NCBI GenBank assembly: GCA_038279365.1
Contig: JAYODI010000098.1
Location: forward strand, 1 to 19,345
Origin: Candidatus Latescibacterota bacterium
GTDB taxonomy: Bacteria > Latescibacterota > UBA2968
Direction: 5' to 3'
DNA length: 19,345 bases
Below the pieces are notes generated by a model. The model had not been told where the DNA came from, did no database searches, and saw nothing but the letters and a program-made list of their open reading frames with translations. This document shows, piece by piece, positions 16,463-19,345 of this stretch. How positions within the stretch are numbered: the first letter of the stretch is position 1; every line of letters begins with the position of its first letter. The position numbers and the translations under genes are program-made.

Positions 16463-17350
16463 TCAGCGTGAGGTGTGAGGTGTGAAGTTGATGGTCCAAT
16501 TTTGCCAGTAATACTTTATGGGATCGTTTTTTGGCCATTCGGCATAAATGTCATCCCACGTGAGCCAGTGCAAATGCGGTTGGAGTGAATCTTCACGTAC
16601 TGGGTGACTGCGTGGTTGATAGCGATAGTCGCAAGACAATCGCAAACGGTTAGATTGGTTGTCTTTGCCCTGGTGTACTGTGAGGCTGTGTAAAAAAAGT
16701 ACATCGCCACAGTTCATTGGGGCGGCAACCCAGTGTGTGTTTTCGTCAACAACAACACTTCGTCCTCCCGCGCCTTCTGCGGCTTGGGTTTCGAGCTTGC
16801 CTTGTTTGTGTGTGCCTGGGGCACAGGCCAGACCACCAAGCTCGGCAGGGCAGTCACCCAATGCAAACCAAGCTGTCCATGTGTTTTCACTGCCGCCAAT
16901 ATAATAATTGTCTTGGTGGGGTGGCGTAGAATATCGGGCAGAGTTGGGAAAGAGCAAGCGGAGAATGTTGCGGCTGTGTGGCAAGACGGGTTCGTTGAAT
17001 AATATTTCGAGTGGACGAATGAGGCGTGGGTGGAGGGCCAATGCGTGGAAGGCATGAAGCTTTTGTACATCACAATAAAAGTTACGCCATTCGGGTGTGT
17101 CTTCTTTGTACTGGGGTGCGTTGGGGGCTGCGATACCCAATTGATAGGGTGTGTTGGGTGCCAACCAATTGTAGGATTGGGCAAGGGTGAGAATTTGGTT
17201 TCGCAAGGCAATTACGTCTTTTTCTGGCAGAAGGTTTTTAAAAAAGAGGTAGCCTTCTTTTTCTGCGAATGTTTGTAATTTTTGAGGTGTTTCAAGCAGT
17301 GCTGTCGCGTCTTTAAATGGCGCGACATTTTTCATGGGAGTCATGGCCAT
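16463..17350 (-). CDS. Phytanoyl-CoA dioxygenase (PhyH) family Fe(II)/2-oxoglutarate dioxygenase (295 aa)
   Basis: GYLFFKNLL, TPPHQD (HxD), WTAWFALGD, PGTH, GDVLFLHSLTVH (distal His), RLSCDYRY (2OG Arg). ATG 17350 with AGGA RBS, 1 nt after the upstream stop. Confidence 0.92.
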   Translation of the reverse strand: MAMTPMKNVAPFKDATALLETPQKLQTFAEKEGYLFFKNLLPEKDVIALRNQILTLAQSYNWLAPNTPYQLGIAAPNAPQYKEDTPEWRNFYCDVQKLHAFHALALHPRLIRPLEILFNEPVLPHSRNILRLLFPNSARYSTPPHQDNYYIGGSENTWTAWFALGDCPAELGGLACAPGTHKQGKLETQAAEGAGGRSVVVDENTHWVAAPMNCGDVLFLHSLTVHQGKDNQSNRLRLSCDYRYQPRSHPVREDSLQPHLHWLTWDDIYAEWPKNDPIKYYWQNWTINFTPHTSR

Positions 17351-17351
17351 G

Positions 17352-18092
17352 TTATTTGTCCTGTGAGGCGTAGTGGGCAAGCAGTTTGTCAAGAGCAAGG
17401 AGGTGTACGGCCACGCGTCTGTCGAGGGACCACGCTGTGGATGCGGTTTCGGGCATAATGACATGATCGGTGTTGAAGGCCAGGGTATAACAAACAAGGC
17501 CCGCCAAGCCCCATTTGGGATCGACTTGATAGACGCCATCTGCAAGGGGTTTGTCTTGTTGACCTTCTTCTTCGTAGGTGTTAAATGGACCGATGCTGAG
17601 GGTTTGTTGTGCAATGTGGGGAACGAGCCATTGATTGTCTTTTCGGCCTTCATAAAAGTAGGAACCTGTGGCATCATAATCTTCGTGCATATCGAGGTGA
17701 AAGACAAAACGATGTCCTTCAAGTGCTTTTTTAATGGCTTTGGATTCGGGTGTTTCTTTTGAGTCAAAGGCCCGGTTGATGTCTTTGCCTTGGGCATTGA
17801 GGCGTGTGTTGGCCACATAACCTGTGGGATTGATGCAGGGGATGATAAAAAAACGAAAATGCGAGAGCACAGAGGTGAGGTCTTGTTCGAGAAAACGAAA
17901 GATGGCTTCGACCCCTGCAGGTTCATCACCGTGCATGCCGCCTGTGAGAAAGACAGTTGGACGATTTGGCTCGCCAATGAGGAGGCGGTAGATTGGGTAG
18001 TCATTAACTGTTGTGATGATGGTTTGGTCTACGTGTGGATGTGTTAGTGCATTGAGGCGTTTTTCTATGTCTTTATAGTTGCGTGATGGCAT
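17352..18092 (-). CDS. M14 family zinc metallocarboxypeptidase / succinylglutamate desuccinylase-like protein
   Basis: GGMHGDEPAG (HxxE), PCINPTG, NAQGKDINRAF, LDMHED (third Zn ligand), C-terminal ET. Confidence 0.88.
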   Translation of the reverse strand: MPSRNYKDIEKRLNALTHPHVDQTIITTVNDYPIYRLLIGEPNRPTVFLTGGMHGDEPAGVEAIFRFLEQDLTSVLSHFRFFIIPCINPTGYVANTRLNAQGKDINRAFDSKETPESKAIKKALEGHRFVFHLDMHEDYDATGSYFYEGRKDNQWLVPHIAQQTLSIGPFNTYEEEGQQDKPLADGVYQVDPKWGLAGLVCYTLAFNTDHVIMPETASTAWSLDRRVAVHLLALDKLLAHYASQDK

Positions 18093-18109
18093 AGGATTCC
18101 TTTAGAGAA

Positions 18110-18184
18110 GTCACTGGTCGCAGGTCTGCAGGTCGCAAGTCAGAATCGAAAAGACTCGTGACTTGTAGACCTGAGACTTGTGAC
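18110..18184. repeat. Inverted pair of degenerate heptamer arrays forming an imperfect 32-bp stem
   Basis: Left arm gtcactg-gtcgcag-gtctgcag-gtcgcaa-gtc, an 11-nt loop, and a right arm whose reverse complement is gtcacaa-gtctcag-gtctacaa-gtcacga-gtc. Confidence 0.85.
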
Positions 18185-18188
18185 GGTT

Positions 18189-19262
18189 TTATTGATAAAA
18201 TGCATTGATGTCATAAATTTTGAGCATAATTTCTGAGTCGCGTGCCCAATCCGTACCACGTGTGTAATAGGTGATGAGGGCTTCGTTGTTTTGGTAGTAA
18301 ACGGCAGCATAGGCTGCATCGTGATCGCTGCGGTTGTCGATGTCGCCCACAATGTGCCACGTTTCACCGTCGTCTTTGGAAAGGGCAGCGGTAAGGGGGG
18401 TGCGGGGCCAGTTGCGATCTGAAGCCACACAATTCCACAAGAGAAGCAAATCGCCAGTGGGCATGCGGGTGACCAAAGGTGGCGAATCTGGCGCGGGGAG
18501 ATGGATGGGTTCGGGTGTTGTCCAGGTGGTGCCTTGGTCATCGGAGTAGGCTTTGTAGATGCATTTTTGTGTGGTGCGCAAGAGGCATAAAAGACGGCCA
18601 TCTTTGCGTTCGATAATCGTGGGCTCGTGTGCACCACGCCCTGGTGCGGTCATGGTGTTTTGAGACAGATGCCAGGTTTCAAATTCATCGTCAGAATAAA
18701 AGACAAAAGAGTGGAGATCGCCTCTGACATATTTAAAACCTGGGCCACCGTGCGAGGGCAGAAGGATGCGACCAGATGAGAGACGCAGGATGTGATCGTT
18801 GTTGGTACAGTACCAGCCGGGTTGTGAGAGTTGAACAATGTCGCTCCACGTTTCACATTCGTCACTGGAGCGTTTCATGTAGACATTGCGATATTCATCC
18901 GATTCCCAAGCTGTGAATGTGAAGAGGATGTCGTTGTTTTTGAGGCGAATCATGTTGGGGTGCTTGACGTTTTTCCCCCAGATGTTTTCTTGGAGGGTGA
19001 ATTTGGCACTCCAGGTGCGACCTTGGTCTGTCGAGATTTTACCTGAGAGTTGGCAAGGAAATTCGTCTTTGGTACCGCGCTCGGTATCATATTGGTTGCG
19101 AAATGGATCGGACGGGCGATTGGCATAATATTCGGACCAAACGTGCAGGAGGCGGTTGTTGCTCAGTGGAAAGATGAGTTGATGGTCATGCCGTGTGTTT
19201 TCAGGTGTCCAAGGGCAAAGGGTTTGTTCGTTTTTGGGTATGATAAGGGGGCGGTCAGGCAT
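18189..19262 (-). CDS. Sialidase-like BNR/Asp-box beta-propeller protein
   Basis: Asp-boxes STDQGRTW, SSDECETW, SDDEFETW, SDDQGTTW and SKDDGETW; HEP, LLRT, PRTPL and AAY motifs. AGGA RBS. No signal peptide. Confidence 0.87.
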   Translation of the reverse strand: MPDRPLIIPKNEQTLCPWTPENTRHDHQLIFPLSNNRLLHVWSEYYANRPSDPFRNQYDTERGTKDEFPCQLSGKISTDQGRTWSAKFTLQENIWGKNVKHPNMIRLKNNDILFTFTAWESDEYRNVYMKRSSDECETWSDIVQLSQPGWYCTNNDHILRLSSGRILLPSHGGPGFKYVRGDLHSFVFYSDDEFETWHLSQNTMTAPGRGAHEPTIIERKDGRLLCLLRTTQKCIYKAYSDDQGTTWTTPEPIHLPAPDSPPLVTRMPTGDLLLLWNCVASDRNWPRTPLTAALSKDDGETWHIVGDIDNRSDHDAAYAAVYYQNNEALITYYTRGTDWARDSEIMLKIYDINAFYQ

Positions 19263-19311
19263 GAAATGTTCCTATAGGTTGTAAGTTAATTGGCGAAACT
19301 GTGAAATTGCA

Positions 19312-19341
19312 AATTAACGAATCAACGAATTAACGAATCAA
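19312..19341. repeat. Octamer tandem repeat AATYAACG (3 units plus a partial), possibly continuing beyond the window
   Basis: aattaacg aatcaacg aattaacg aatcaa, preceded by degenerate gcgaaact gtgaaatt gcaaatt. Confidence 0.8.
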
Positions 19342-19345
19342 AACC

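Noticed and set aside
17351-18004. 218-aa N-terminal extension of the PhyH ORF
   Set aside because: Shadow frame of the M14 peptidase gene with no recognisable domain; a good RBS and ATG exist at 17350.
515-19277. Numerous short antisense and alternative-frame ORFs in the track
   Set aside because: All lie within well-supported genes and show no recognisable motifs or RBS.

Overview
Gene-dense bacterial chromosomal window with about 21 CDSs, all on the minus strand except a SulP anion transporter. It is dominated by apparently cytoplasmic catabolic enzymes: two BNR/sialidase-like beta-propellers, a GH95 fucosidase/L-galactosidase, an SDR, an aldo-keto reductase, a DgoD-like acid-sugar dehydratase, a PhyH-type Fe/2OG dioxygenase, an M14 peptidase and a DegT aminotransferase. 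It also holds tandem EamA/DMT paralogues, a CPBP protease, an MTH1187 protein, a YwbE protein and a compact hicB-hicA toxin-antitoxin pair. The family mix suggests a paralogue-rich heterotroph such as marine Latescibacterota or Poribacteria (inference only). The most interesting element is a tandem pair of amidohydrolase-fold genes carrying the DxH/H/E/DYPHxD ligand pattern of amidohydrolase-related dinuclear oxygenases (AibH1H2/PtmU3 type). The pair overlaps the GH95 gene, has no Rieske ferredoxin gene in the window, and is separated by a repeat-filled spacer. Four different 7-8 bp tandem-repeat arrays sit in intergenic leaders. No rRNA, tRNA, CRISPR array or transposase was seen. All protein calls come from motif recognition, not database searches.
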